A stretch of 64,000 nucleotides of DNA from an uncultured delta proteobacterium (lineage in GTDB: Bacteria; Desulfobacterota; Binatia; Binatales; Binataceae), in NCBI GenBank assembly GCA_963711565.1, contig CAVQEQ010000004.1, positions 864,001 through 928,000 of the forward strand. Reading direction: 5' to 3'. The notes under the pieces are model-generated. The model was given only the letters and a program-made list of their open reading frames with translations, was not told the origin of the DNA and ran no database searches. Every line of letters starts with the position of its first letter. The stretch's first letter is position 1. The translations under genes were made by a program, and so were the position numbers. Below are positions 55,987-64,000 of this stretch, in pieces.

Positions 55987-57021
55987 TCACGCCTGGCGGC
56001 GCTCGGTCGCTTTGACCTTCTGATATTTGCGGTAGTCGTAGCCGGTCGCCATCGCCATTAGCAGCGGTTCCATCCCGCCGTCGCGCTCACGGCGTAGCAC
56101 GCGCAGGCGATCGAAGAACTCGCGGAAGTCCTTGTCCACGCGATGCTTGCCGTCCACCGGCGACAGAAAGAAATCGTGCAGGCGGGTTACGGTGAAGCGC
56201 AGCGATGAAAACCGCAGCTCGTTGGGAAACGCATCCCATTCCGCGAGCGACAGCGTGCGCACCGACTCGTAGCCCGACAGCAGCCAACGGAAGCGGTCGA
56301 GCGAGTAACTGCCGTTGACGAAGCACAGCGCGTTGACCGCCGTCGCGATATCGAAAATAAACTTGCCGCGGCAGGCCGCGTCGAAATCGAGCATCGCAGT
56401 CAGCTTCTCGCCGCGGAACAGCAGGTTGTCCGAGAAGATATCGCCGTGAATCACGCCCTTGGGCAGCTTGCCTTCGAGGTACCGCGTCAGGTACTCGACC
56501 TCGTCGTCGAGCGTGCGGCAAATCTTGCGGAAGTAGTTCGGCAGCCGGTTGCGCACGGTCAGGTACAGGTCGGCGATTCGCTCGAAGCTGAAGCGGTTGT
56601 CGATGCCTTTCTTGTAGGCCTTGCCGATCACGTGCAGGTCGCCGAGTGCGTGGCCGATCGTTTCGAGCTGGCTCGGCTTGAGGCGCGCGGGCGCCAGCAC
56701 CTTGCCTTCCTGGTACTTGAACAGCGACACGCAGCGGTTGTTGAAGTTGCGGTAGAAGCGCCCCATCCGATCCTGCATCGGATGCGGGCACGGGAACGCA
56801 TGCTTGCGCAGGAACGACAGCAGGTCGATTTCGCGCTTTAGCTCGTTCTCGCCCTTGACCTCGTCGATCCGCAACAGGAATTTGCCCTTGGCCGCTTCGA
56901 GCACGTAGTTCGAGTTGACCGAGCCTTCCGGGATGCCGGCGGCGCTGGAGACGCGCCCCAAGCCGTAGTCGTCGGCGAGCTCCTTGAGAAACGGTTTGCT
57001 TAACTCGGTGTAAACGGCCAT
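55987..57021 (-). CDS. thrB: Homoserine kinase type II (APH-like)
   Basis: MAVYTEL, GSVNSNY, GVIHGDIFSDN, LDFD, LRFTVTRL. Confidence 0.88.
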   Translation of the reverse strand: MAVYTELSKPFLKELADDYGLGRVSSAAGIPEGSVNSNYVLEAAKGKFLLRIDEVKGENELKREIDLLSFLRKHAFPCPHPMQDRMGRFYRNFNNRCVSLFKYQEGKVLAPARLKPSQLETIGHALGDLHVIGKAYKKGIDNRFSFERIADLYLTVRNRLPNYFRKICRTLDDEVEYLTRYLEGKLPKGVIHGDIFSDNLLFRGEKLTAMLDFDAACRGKFIFDIATAVNALCFVNGSYSLDRFRWLLSGYESVRTLSLAEWDAFPNELRFSSLRFTVTRLHDFFLSPVDGKHRVDKDFREFFDRLRVLRRERDGGMEPLLMAMATGYDYRKYQKVKATERRQA

Positions 57022-57198
57022 AGGAACGTGGGCGCGATCAATTGAGGACTGTCAGCCCGCCAAGTCTAAAGTGTGACTGGCACCTCGTCAACTAGGGGCC
57101 GCGAAACCCTTGTAAAATGAGGGTTTGGTGAATTCTTGAATACGGTCAACTACAGCCGCGGCGATGTCCAAGTTGCCTCAAGCATCGAGCGCAGCTAA

Positions 57199-57747
57199 AT
57201 GAATCCCATGCCTACATCCAAAAAAGCCGCCACCAGGACTCCAAAGAAATCTGCAACCGCGCCGTCGAAGAGCGCCAGCGCCGCGCTGCAAGGAAAGAAG
57301 GCGCCGGCCTTCGGGCTGTTCGACGCCGGTGGAAAAAGCGTCGCGCTCAAAGATCTGATCGGCGCGAACAATCTCGTGCTCTATTTCTATCCCAAGGACA
57401 TGACGCCCGGATGTACGATCGAGGCGTGCAGCTTCCGCGACAACATCGCACCAATAAAAAAGCTCGGCGCGAAAGTCGTCGGCATCAGCGCCGACTCGAC
57501 CGACTCGCACGGCAAGTTCATCGCGAAGCACGAGCTGAACTTTCCGTTGCTCGCCGATCCGGGCAACAAGGTCTGCAAGCTCTACGGCGTGTACAAGATG
57601 AAGTCGCTCTACGGGCGCGAGTTCATGGGGATAGAGCGCACGACGTTCATCGTCAACAAAGCGGGCATCGTGCGGAAGGTGTTCCCGAAGGTGAAGGTGA
57701 ACGGGCACACGGAGGAAGTGATCGAGGCGCTGAAGGCGATCGCGTAA
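57199..57747 (+). CDS. bcp: Thioredoxin-dependent peroxiredoxin Bcp
   Basis: YFYPKDMTPGCTIEACSFRD, GIERTTF. Confidence 0.94.
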   Translation: MNPMPTSKKAATRTPKKSATAPSKSASAALQGKKAPAFGLFDAGGKSVALKDLIGANNLVLYFYPKDMTPGCTIEACSFRDNIAPIKKLGAKVVGISADSTDSHGKFIAKHELNFPLLADPGNKVCKLYGVYKMKSLYGREFMGIERTTFIVNKAGIVRKVFPKVKVNGHTEEVIEALKAIA

Positions 57748-57778
57748 GCCTTCACCAACGACGACAATCTGATCCTCG

Positions 57779-57960
57779 CCTCCTCCGTTCGTTGGAGGAG
57801 GCCGCCACGGGTCCGCGCGCGGCGGGTGGAGGACCTAATTTTCTGAATTTCTGGTTGGCGTTCGCGTCCGCATCGGAACCCACCGCGCTCCAGACATTAG
57901 CGCGGCACGTTTGTCCTCCACCCTAACCCTCCTCCAACGTAGGAGGAGGGAACCGGATTT
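57779..57960. repeat. Family B full two-armed element (~180 bp)
   Basis: Arms CCTCCTCC..GGAGGAGG at both ends, inner GGTGGAGGAC/GTCCTCCACC, CTAACCC and terminal AACCGGATTT. Confidence 0.78.
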
Positions 57961-58867
57961 ACGAGGCGGCGGCGCGGGTTGTGTCGAGCAGGTTGTCGCG
58001 CAGGAAGGCTCGGAGTTCGGGCTCGACCTGTTTGCCGAGATCGTGCGACGCCTGCGGGAAATAGTGGGTCTCCACTTTCGCGCCGCGCTCGCGCAATGCG
58101 TCCGCCAGCTTCACCGCCTGCATCACCGGCATCCGATTGTCCTGCTGGCCGTGCATGATCAGCACGCTGCACTCGAGCTTCGGCGGCAGATGCGCCATTA
58201 CGCTGCGCTCCTGCAGTATCCGCTTACTCGGCCATACTTCGCGCAGAATAGACAGCTTGGTGCGCAGCGGCGCAGTCGGCCATAGCGACAGCGGATCGTA
58301 GCAGCCTGATTCGAGGATCAGCGCGCGCGGGCGCGAGTCGTAGTCCATCAGCAGGCCCGCCGCGACTGCGCCATGACCAAGGCCCCAGACCGCGAGCCGC
58401 GACGCATCAACGTCGTCGCGTCCCGCCAGCAGGTCGAGCGCCTTGCGCGACGCCAGCACCGACCCCTCACCGACGAAGCGGCTCGGCCCGGACGAATTGC
58501 CATAGCCCGGGATATTCACGCAGGCGACCTGGATACCCATCGCCGCGATTCCCTGGCTCATCTTGACGCACTGATCGACGTTGCCCTCGCCGCCGTTGAG
58601 CACGAGCAGGCCGGGGCGCCGTCCCAGTTCGGCGCTGCGCGTCAGGTAGCCCTCGATATGGTAATTCTTGGGGCCCTGTGCGACGTCGAAGTTGAACTGA
58701 TCGACATTTTTGTAATTCGACGCAATCGATCGACCGGGAATATGGCACGCCATCGTCGAGACGGCGAAAACCAACGCGACAACAGAAAGTTTCGACAATC
58801 GTCGCGCGGTGGATGGAATCATATTCAATCGTGAACGAGCGGAGGGGCTCGGCAAGTCGTCTGACAT
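57959..58867 (-). CDS. S9/alpha-beta hydrolase-fold lipoprotein with Gly at the nucleophile position
   Basis: Lipobox-like TMAC, PGYGNSSG, VWGLGHGA, LIMHGQQD, ASHD. Start at 58867 or 58822; the long upstream extension overlaps hisI. Confidence 0.78.
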   Translation of the reverse strand: MSDDLPSPSARSRLNMIPSTARRLSKLSVVALVFAVSTMACHIPGRSIASNYKNVDQFNFDVAQGPKNYHIEGYLTRSAELGRRPGLLVLNGGEGNVDQCVKMSQGIAAMGIQVACVNIPGYGNSSGPSRFVGEGSVLASRKALDLLAGRDDVDASRLAVWGLGHGAVAAGLLMDYDSRPRALILESGCYDPLSLWPTAPLRTKLSILREVWPSKRILQERSVMAHLPPKLECSVLIMHGQQDNRMPVMQAVKLADALRERGAKVETHYFPQASHDLGKQVEPELRAFLRDNLLDTTRAAAS

Positions 58868-59020
58868 CGGCCCGTAATGTACTCGCATTGCCGGTACTTT
58901 AAAACAGGCTGGGGTTGCGCGCGCGACACGCCGCATTGAATCGCATCGAAGTTTGACCGATACTGCTTGATTCACAAGCGCTATATTTAATTTACGGCGC
59001 AATTTAATTCGGGAAAAGCA

Positions 59021-59464
59021 ATGGCATCGCAGGCACAATCGGCTTCTCAAGCATCGGCCGCAATCGATTTCGACAAAAACGGCGGCGTCGTCGCCGCGAT
59101 CGCAGTCGATCATCTGAGCCACCGCGTGCTGACCGTCGCCTACATGAACCGCGAGGCTTTCGACGAAACGGTGGCCACCGGCCGCGCGTGCTACTTCTCG
59201 CGCTCGCGCAACAAGCTGTGGCGCAAGGGCGAAGAGTCGGGGAATTTTCAAATCGTGCACGAGATTCGTCTCGACTGCGACGGCGACGCGATCGTGGTCG
59301 CCGTCGAGCAGCGCGGCGACGGGGCCGCATGCCACGAAGGGTACGAGTCGTGCTTTTTCCGCAAGCTCGACGGCGGCGCGTGGAAGATCGTCGAGCAGCG
59401 CAAAGTCGATCCCGCCAAGTACGGCCCCAATTACGGGCATCAGCCGAAAAAGTCGGCCGGTTGA
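59021..59464 (+). CDS. hisI: Phosphoribosyl-AMP cyclohydrolase
   Basis: [35 protein letters not shown]. Confidence 0.95.
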   Translation: MASQAQSASQASAAIDFDKNGGVVAAIAVDHLSHRVLTVAYMNREAFDETVATGRACYFSRSRNKLWRKGEESGNFQIVHEIRLDCDGDAIVVAVEQRGDGAACHEGYESCFFRKLDGGAWKIVEQRKVDPAKYGPNYGHQPKKSAG

Positions 59465-59470
59465 TCGAAC

Positions 59471-60370
59471 ATGGCTGACCAGATTCTGAAATTCGGCATC
59501 CCCAAGGGCAGCCTCGAGGAGCAGACGCTCGAGCTGATGCGCAAGTCCGGCTGGCGTATCACGGTCGGTTCGCGCTCCTACATCCCGACCACCGATGACC
59601 CGACGCTGAGCTGCCGCATTCTGCGCCCGCAGGAGATGCCGCGCTATATCGCCGACGGCTCGCTCGACGCGGGCATCACCGGCAGTGACTGGATCGTCGA
59701 GAACAACGTGACTCTGCACCAGGTCGAGAGCTTCATATATGCCAAGGCGACGCTGACGCCCTCGCGCTGGGTGCTGTGCGTGCGCAACGACTCGCCCGTC
59801 AAGCGGCTCGAGGACTTGCAGGGCAAGCGCATCGCGACCGAGCTGGTGCAGTTCGTCACGCGCGTCCTGGCCGAGCGCAAAATCAAAGCCGAAGTTGAAT
59901 TTTCATGGGGCGCGACCGAGGCCAAGGTCGCCGAAGGCATCATCGACGCCGCCATCGACGTGACCGAGACCGGCTCGTCGCTTCGCGCCAACGGACTGCG
60001 CATTGTCGAGGAGTTACTCATCTCGAATCCGGTGCTGGTGGCCAATCCGGCGGCATGGGCCGACCCGTGGAAGCAGGCGAAGATTCGCCAGCTCGGGGTC
60101 CTGATTCGCGGCGCGCTCGATGCGGAGAATCGCGTCGGTATCAAGATGAACGTCGCGAAGGAAAATCTCGAAAAAGTGATCGCAATTCTGCCGTCGATCA
60201 CCGCGCCGACGATCTCGCATCTCTATGCATCCAAGGCGCTAAAGGGAGTCGAATGGCTGGCGGTCGAGACGGTGATCGCGGAGCAGACGGTGCGCGAGCT
60301 GTTCCCGAAGCTGCTCGAAGCGGGCGCGGTGGGAATCGTGGAATTCCCGCTGAATAAGATTATCGGTTAG
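59471..60370 (+). CDS. hisG: ATP phosphoribosyltransferase (long form)
   Basis: GIPKGSL, RPQEMP, DAGITG, SWGATE, DVTETGSSLRANGL and C-terminal regulatory domain. Confidence 0.95.
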   Translation: MADQILKFGIPKGSLEEQTLELMRKSGWRITVGSRSYIPTTDDPTLSCRILRPQEMPRYIADGSLDAGITGSDWIVENNVTLHQVESFIYAKATLTPSRWVLCVRNDSPVKRLEDLQGKRIATELVQFVTRVLAERKIKAEVEFSWGATEAKVAEGIIDAAIDVTETGSSLRANGLRIVEELLISNPVLVANPAAWADPWKQAKIRQLGVLIRGALDAENRVGIKMNVAKENLEKVIAILPSITAPTISHLYASKALKGVEWLAVETVIAEQTVRELFPKLLEAGAVGIVEFPLNKIIG

Positions 60371-60381
60371 CGGTGGCGGCG

Positions 60382-60546
60382 AAAGGAGCGCTTCGCGATT
60401 TCAAAACCGGAACCGGCTTCGCGTGCGCGAAGCTGTCCGAGGTCCGTTCCTCCCGTCGCTGGCGCTCCCGTCGTCAGGATGACGGAGCGGCTCGCGTTGC
60501 TCGCCTGGTCAGAATGACACAAGAAAGTCGCGGTGCTCGCTTCTGT
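60382..60546 (-). repeat. Family C composite repeat (3 units + tail)
   Basis: Reverse complement reads ...GTCATTCTGACCAGGCGAGCAACGCGAGC..GTCATCCTGACGACGGGAGC..CGGACAGCTTCGCGCACGCGAAGCCGGTTCCGG. Confidence 0.75.
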
Positions 60547-60625
60547 TCGGGATGCCAACCTTGGGTCTCTGGTTCGCGCCTCGCGATTGTGGCACAACAA
60601 GAACACTCACACGGAGGTCGCAATC

Positions 60626-61321
60626 ATGGGTTTGCCCAACGGAGTGCATCACCTCGCTATCTGCACCAAGGACATCAAGAAGCAGATCGATTACTTCTCG
60701 CAAGTCGTGGGGATGGAGCTCGTCGCGCTCTACTGGATGCATGGCGTCGAGAACACCTTCCACGGCTTCATGAAGCTGAGCGATAGCTCGTCGATCGCCT
60801 TCGTGCAGCATCCCGATATCGCCAAGATTCAGCCGATCAAGGGCGTCTCGCATGCCGGGCACACTTCGCAGAATGTCGCGGCGGGAGCGATGCAGCATCT
60901 CGCGCTCAACGTCGATACATACGCCGACCTGATGGCGATTCGCGATCGCGTCCGCTCGCACGGGCACTGGGTGATGGGCCCGCTCGATCACGGTTTCTGC
61001 AAATCGATCTACCTGGCCGCGCCCGAAGGCATCATGCTCGAATTCTCGACCTCCGAGGGCGGCTCGATCGACGCGGAAGCGTGGATCGATCCCGAAGTGC
61101 AGGCGCTGGCGGGAATCAGCGCGGATGAGGTCGAGAAGTACAAGCATCCCGCGGCGTTCGAATCGAAGGACGGCAAGGTCGCGCAGCCGAAGCCCGATCC
61201 GTCGAAACCGCTGATGGACTTTCCGCCCGACGATCGCATCTGGACGATGAGCGACGAGGAAGTGACACGCCGCATGAGCGAGACGACGCCGCCGGTGCAA
61301 AAAAAGCCCAAGGCGGCATAG
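60626..61321 (+). CDS. VOC (glyoxalase/dioxygenase) family protein
   Basis: GVHHLAI, MQHLALNV, HGFCKSIY..PEGIMLE; GGAGG RBS. Confidence 0.88.
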   Translation: MGLPNGVHHLAICTKDIKKQIDYFSQVVGMELVALYWMHGVENTFHGFMKLSDSSSIAFVQHPDIAKIQPIKGVSHAGHTSQNVAAGAMQHLALNVDTYADLMAIRDRVRSHGHWVMGPLDHGFCKSIYLAAPEGIMLEFSTSEGGSIDAEAWIDPEVQALAGISADEVEKYKHPAAFESKDGKVAQPKPDPSKPLMDFPPDDRIWTMSDEEVTRRMSETTPPVQKKPKAA

Positions 61322-61383
61322 CGGCGACCATCCTGTCCGAACAGCGTTCGTCCAACTCGAGCCGCGCCCACGTGGCTGTTGAG

Positions 61384-61698
61384 CTATTCCGCGGACGGCT
61401 GGAACACTATCTCGACGCGATCGAGGTAGCTGAGCAACTGGCGCGCAAGCGTCGTCACTGCGCCGTCGTCGCGAAGAGCGGCGGCATGCTCGAGCGCGCG
61501 CCCCATCTCGGTCATCGAGTCGAAGCCGTAGCTGCCGCCTTCGCCCTTGATCCGATGCGCGACGCGGCCGATTTCGGCATAGTCGCGCCGCGTCACCGCT
61601 TCGAAAATCGCCTCGATGTCGGCGCGTTTGTGCGTCATAAAACCCGGGATCAGGTCGGATAGATCCCGATCCACTTCCACTATTACCCGGTCCGGCAT
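61384..61698 (-). CDS. Hpt phosphotransfer protein
   Basis: AHRIKGEGGSYGF motif; overlaps the kinase stop. Confidence 0.9.
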   Translation of the reverse strand: MPDRVIVEVDRDLSDLIPGFMTHKRADIEAIFEAVTRRDYAEIGRVAHRIKGEGGSYGFDSMTEMGRALEHAAALRDDGAVTTLARQLLSYLDRVEIVFQPSAE

Positions 61699-64000
61699 GG
61701 TTCCTCCTTTGGATTGGCAACGTTCGTTCGGGCGTCATTTGATGGCGCCGCTTCGACCGCGTCGCGGATAGCGTCGAGCAGCGTCGATTTTTTGACCGGC
61801 TTGGTTACGTGCGCGTCGCATCCGGCCTCTTTCGAGCGATAGACGGCCTCTTCGAGCGCCGACGCCGTCAGCGCCACGATCGGAGTACGGTGGCGACCGT
61901 TCATCACTTCCCAGACCCGGATCGTGCTGGTCGCTTCGTAGCCGTCAACGATCGGCATCTGGATATCCATCAGCACCAGGTCGAAGTTGCCGGCGATGAA
62001 TTTGTCGATCGCCTGCTGGCCGTCTTCGGCCTCTTCGAGATGGTAGGGCGTTTTCTTCAGGTAGGCCCGGATCAACGCTCGGTTGTCGCGCGAATCGTCG
62101 GCCATGAGAATTCTGAGCGGCCGATTGAGTAGTGCGGACGGAGCCGACGGCGCGATTGGCGGCGGCTCGAAGTTGTCGCCGTGCGCGTCGATTCGCACTC
62201 CGGCGGATGCTCGCGCGACCGCCGCGAACAGTTCAGCGCGGCGCACCGGCTTGACAATGTAGTTGTCGATGCTGAGCGCACGCAGGCGCGCGACCTCGCA
62301 GGTCAGGTCGTTGGTGGCGAGCATCATCACGACCCGCGGCGGACGCTGCCCACCACTCACCAGGTATTCGGCGACCTCGAATCCTACCTGCAGCGGCATC
62401 GTGCCGTCTATCAGCACGACCCGGAAGCGTGACTGATGCGCGCCGTCAGCGCGAAGTTCCGCGAGCGCCCCGGCCGCCGACGACGCCTGGATCACCTGCG
62501 CGCCTCGCGCGGTCAGCAATTCGCAGACAATCGCGCGACTGTCGGTGTTGTCATCAACCAGGAGTATTCGCACGCCCACCAAAGAGAGGTCCCGCGCTGG
62601 TGACGGCAGAGGGTTTGCGATCCCGAATTGCGCCGTGAATGAGAACGCGCTGCCCGCGCCCGGTTCGCTGACGACTTCGACCTTGCCGTGCATCAGCGCG
62701 ACCAGCCGCGACACGATCGCCAGGCCGAGCCCGCTGCCGCCGTATTTGCGCGAGGTCGAAGAGTCGGCCTGGCTGAACGGGTGGAACAACAGATGGCGTT
62801 GGCCGGCCGCAATGCCAATTCCGGTGTCGGTCACGGTGAACTTGAACATGGCCGCGGTGGCCGCGGCCGCCTCGACCGACACCAGCACCTGTCCAGTCCG
62901 CGTGAATTTGATCGCGTTGCCGACCAGGTTGATTATGATCTGGCCGAGTCTCAACGGATCGCCGAGCACGAGGTCGGGGAGGCCGGGCGCAAACCGCACC
63001 ATCAGCTCGAGGCCTTTTTCATGCGCGCGAAGCGCCAGCGTCTCGAGCGCCTTCTCGACGGCGTCTTTGAGATCGAATTCGACCGCCTCGAGGCTTATCC
63101 GCCCGCTCTCAACCTTGGCGAGGTCGAGGATGCCGTTGATCAATGCGAGCAGCGCGTGGCCGTTGCTGATGACGGTGCTCAAGTATCTTCGCTGCTCGTC
63201 GTCGAGCGCGGTCTCCATCAGCTGATCGGCCATCCCGAGAATCGAATTCATCGGCGTGCGAATCTCGTGCGACATGCTCGACAGGAACTCCGACTTGGCC
63301 CGCGACGCCGCCAGCGCCGCCTCGCGCGCGGCGACCAGTTCGCGCCGGGTCAGCTTGAGGTCCGATATTCCGCGCGAAATGGTCAGGCAGCAGAGTTGTC
63401 CGTGCAGCTCGAGGTTCAGCGCCGAAAGGAGCACCGGCTGCTCGGTGCCGTCCTTCATGCGGAACGCCACTTCGAGGTTGCGGACCTCGTTGGTCCCGAA
63501 GAGTTGATCGCTGAACGCGATCATTTCGTCGGCATGAATCCACATGTTGAGCTCGCTGAAATGATGGCCGACGGCCTCTTCGCGCGAAAACCCGGTCGTC
63601 CTGACGAACTCCCGGTTGACGTCGATGTAAATTCCATCGACTCCGTTCAGCGTCATGCTGTCCAGATTCACGTCGAACAGTCTGCGGAAGGTCTCTTCGC
63701 TGGCGCGCAGCCTGGTCTCGACGCGTTTGATCTCCGTGATGTCCCGCGTCATCGAGATCACGCACCGCTCGCCGTTGACTTCGACCACGGAAGCCGAGAT
63801 GAGATACATCTCGGGCGTCCCGTCCTTGCGGCGCTGCTGGATTTCCATGTTCTTGACGCGGCCGGTTCGTTGAATGGTGTCGATGAACAGTTCCATTTCC
63901 CGCGCGCTCGGCCACATCTGCAGACCAATCACGCTGGCGCCGAGGACGTCGGCGCGGGTGTAGCCCGCGACCAGGTAGTCGTCGTTGACCGCGATGAAAC
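61683..64000 (-). CDS. Multi-PAS hybrid sensor histidine kinase with two receiver domains (5' truncated)
   Basis: PAS repeats, H-box SHEIRTPM, NLVGNAIKFT, DTGIG, GSGLGL, two REC domains (VLIDGTMP, VLMDIQMP); frame stays open to the window end. Confidence 0.93.
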   Translation of the reverse strand, partial: FIAVNDDYLVAGYTRADVLGASVIGLQMWPSAREMELFIDTIQRTGRVKNMEIQQRRKDGTPEMYLISASVVEVNGERCVISMTRDITEIKRVETRLRASEETFRRLFDVNLDSMTLNGVDGIYIDVNREFVRTTGFSREEAVGHHFSELNMWIHADEMIAFSDQLFGTNEVRNLEVAFRMKDGTEQPVLLSALNLELHGQLCCLTISRGISDLKLTRRELVAAREAALAASRAKSEFLSSMSHEIRTPMNSILGMADQLMETALDDEQRRYLSTVISNGHALLALINGILDLAKVESGRISLEAVEFDLKDAVEKALETLALRAHEKGLELMVRFAPGLPDLVLGDPLRLGQIIINLVGNAIKFTRTGQVLVSVEAAAATAAMFKFTVTDTGIGIAAGQRHLLFHPFSQADSSTSRKYGGSGLGLAIVSRLVALMHGKVEVVSEPGAGSAFSFTAQFGIANPLPSPARDLSLVGVRILLVDDNTDSRAIVCELLTARGAQVIQASSAAGALAELRADGAHQSRFRVVLIDGTMPLQVGFEVAEYLVSGGQRPPRVVMMLATNDLTCEVARLRALSIDNYIVKPVRRAELFAAVARASAGVRIDAHGDNFEPPPIAPSAPSALLNRPLRILMADDSRDNRALIRAYLKKTPYHLEEAEDGQQAIDKFIAGNFDLVLMDIQMPIVDGYEATSTIRVWEVMNGRHRTPIVALTASALEEAVYRSKEAGCDAHVTKPVKKSTLLDAIRDAVEAAPSNDARTNVANPKEEPCRTG

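Noticed and set aside
58868-59719. N-terminal 280-aa extension of the 586-aa minus-strand ORF
   Set aside because: Overlaps hisI/hisG on the opposite strand; the real gene starts near 58867/58822.

Overview
High-GC bacterial chromosomal segment. Gene content and protein style suggest a Deltaproteobacteria-like soil lineage such as Candidatus Binatota (inference, not verified). It is mostly housekeeping and lipid/acyl-CoA metabolism: uvrC, comEC, an acyl-CoA dehydrogenase/B12 mutase operon with isobutyryl-CoA-mutase-type residues, a type II secretion cluster gspE-N lacking gspC/D, an icd-like dehydrogenase, glycerate kinase, rpiA, folE, metF, thrB, bcp, hisI/hisG, and a truncated hybrid histidine kinase plus Hpt. 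A parS-like palindrome hints at proximity to the origin. The most notable items are: (1) a TetR-HAD-LarA-like-fatty acyl reductase operon at the left edge resembling the myxobacterial elb ether-lipid cluster; (2) an 882-aa lipoprotein fusing a Lys-bearing cytochrome P460-type domain to five further c-type hemes; (3) an unannotated four-hairpin candidate sRNA with an anti-Shine-Dalgarno loop; (4) a circularly permuted ATP-grasp/alpha-E/transglutaminase operon preceded by a heterodimeric ABC exporter; (5) four families of structured intergenic repeats, three of them showing compensatory stem changes between copies; (6) two orphan antitoxins, one with a visible deleted-toxin scar; (7) a probable frameshift in gspL. 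No rRNA, tRNA, CRISPR array or transposase was recognised. All calls are from reading the sequence; no searches were run.
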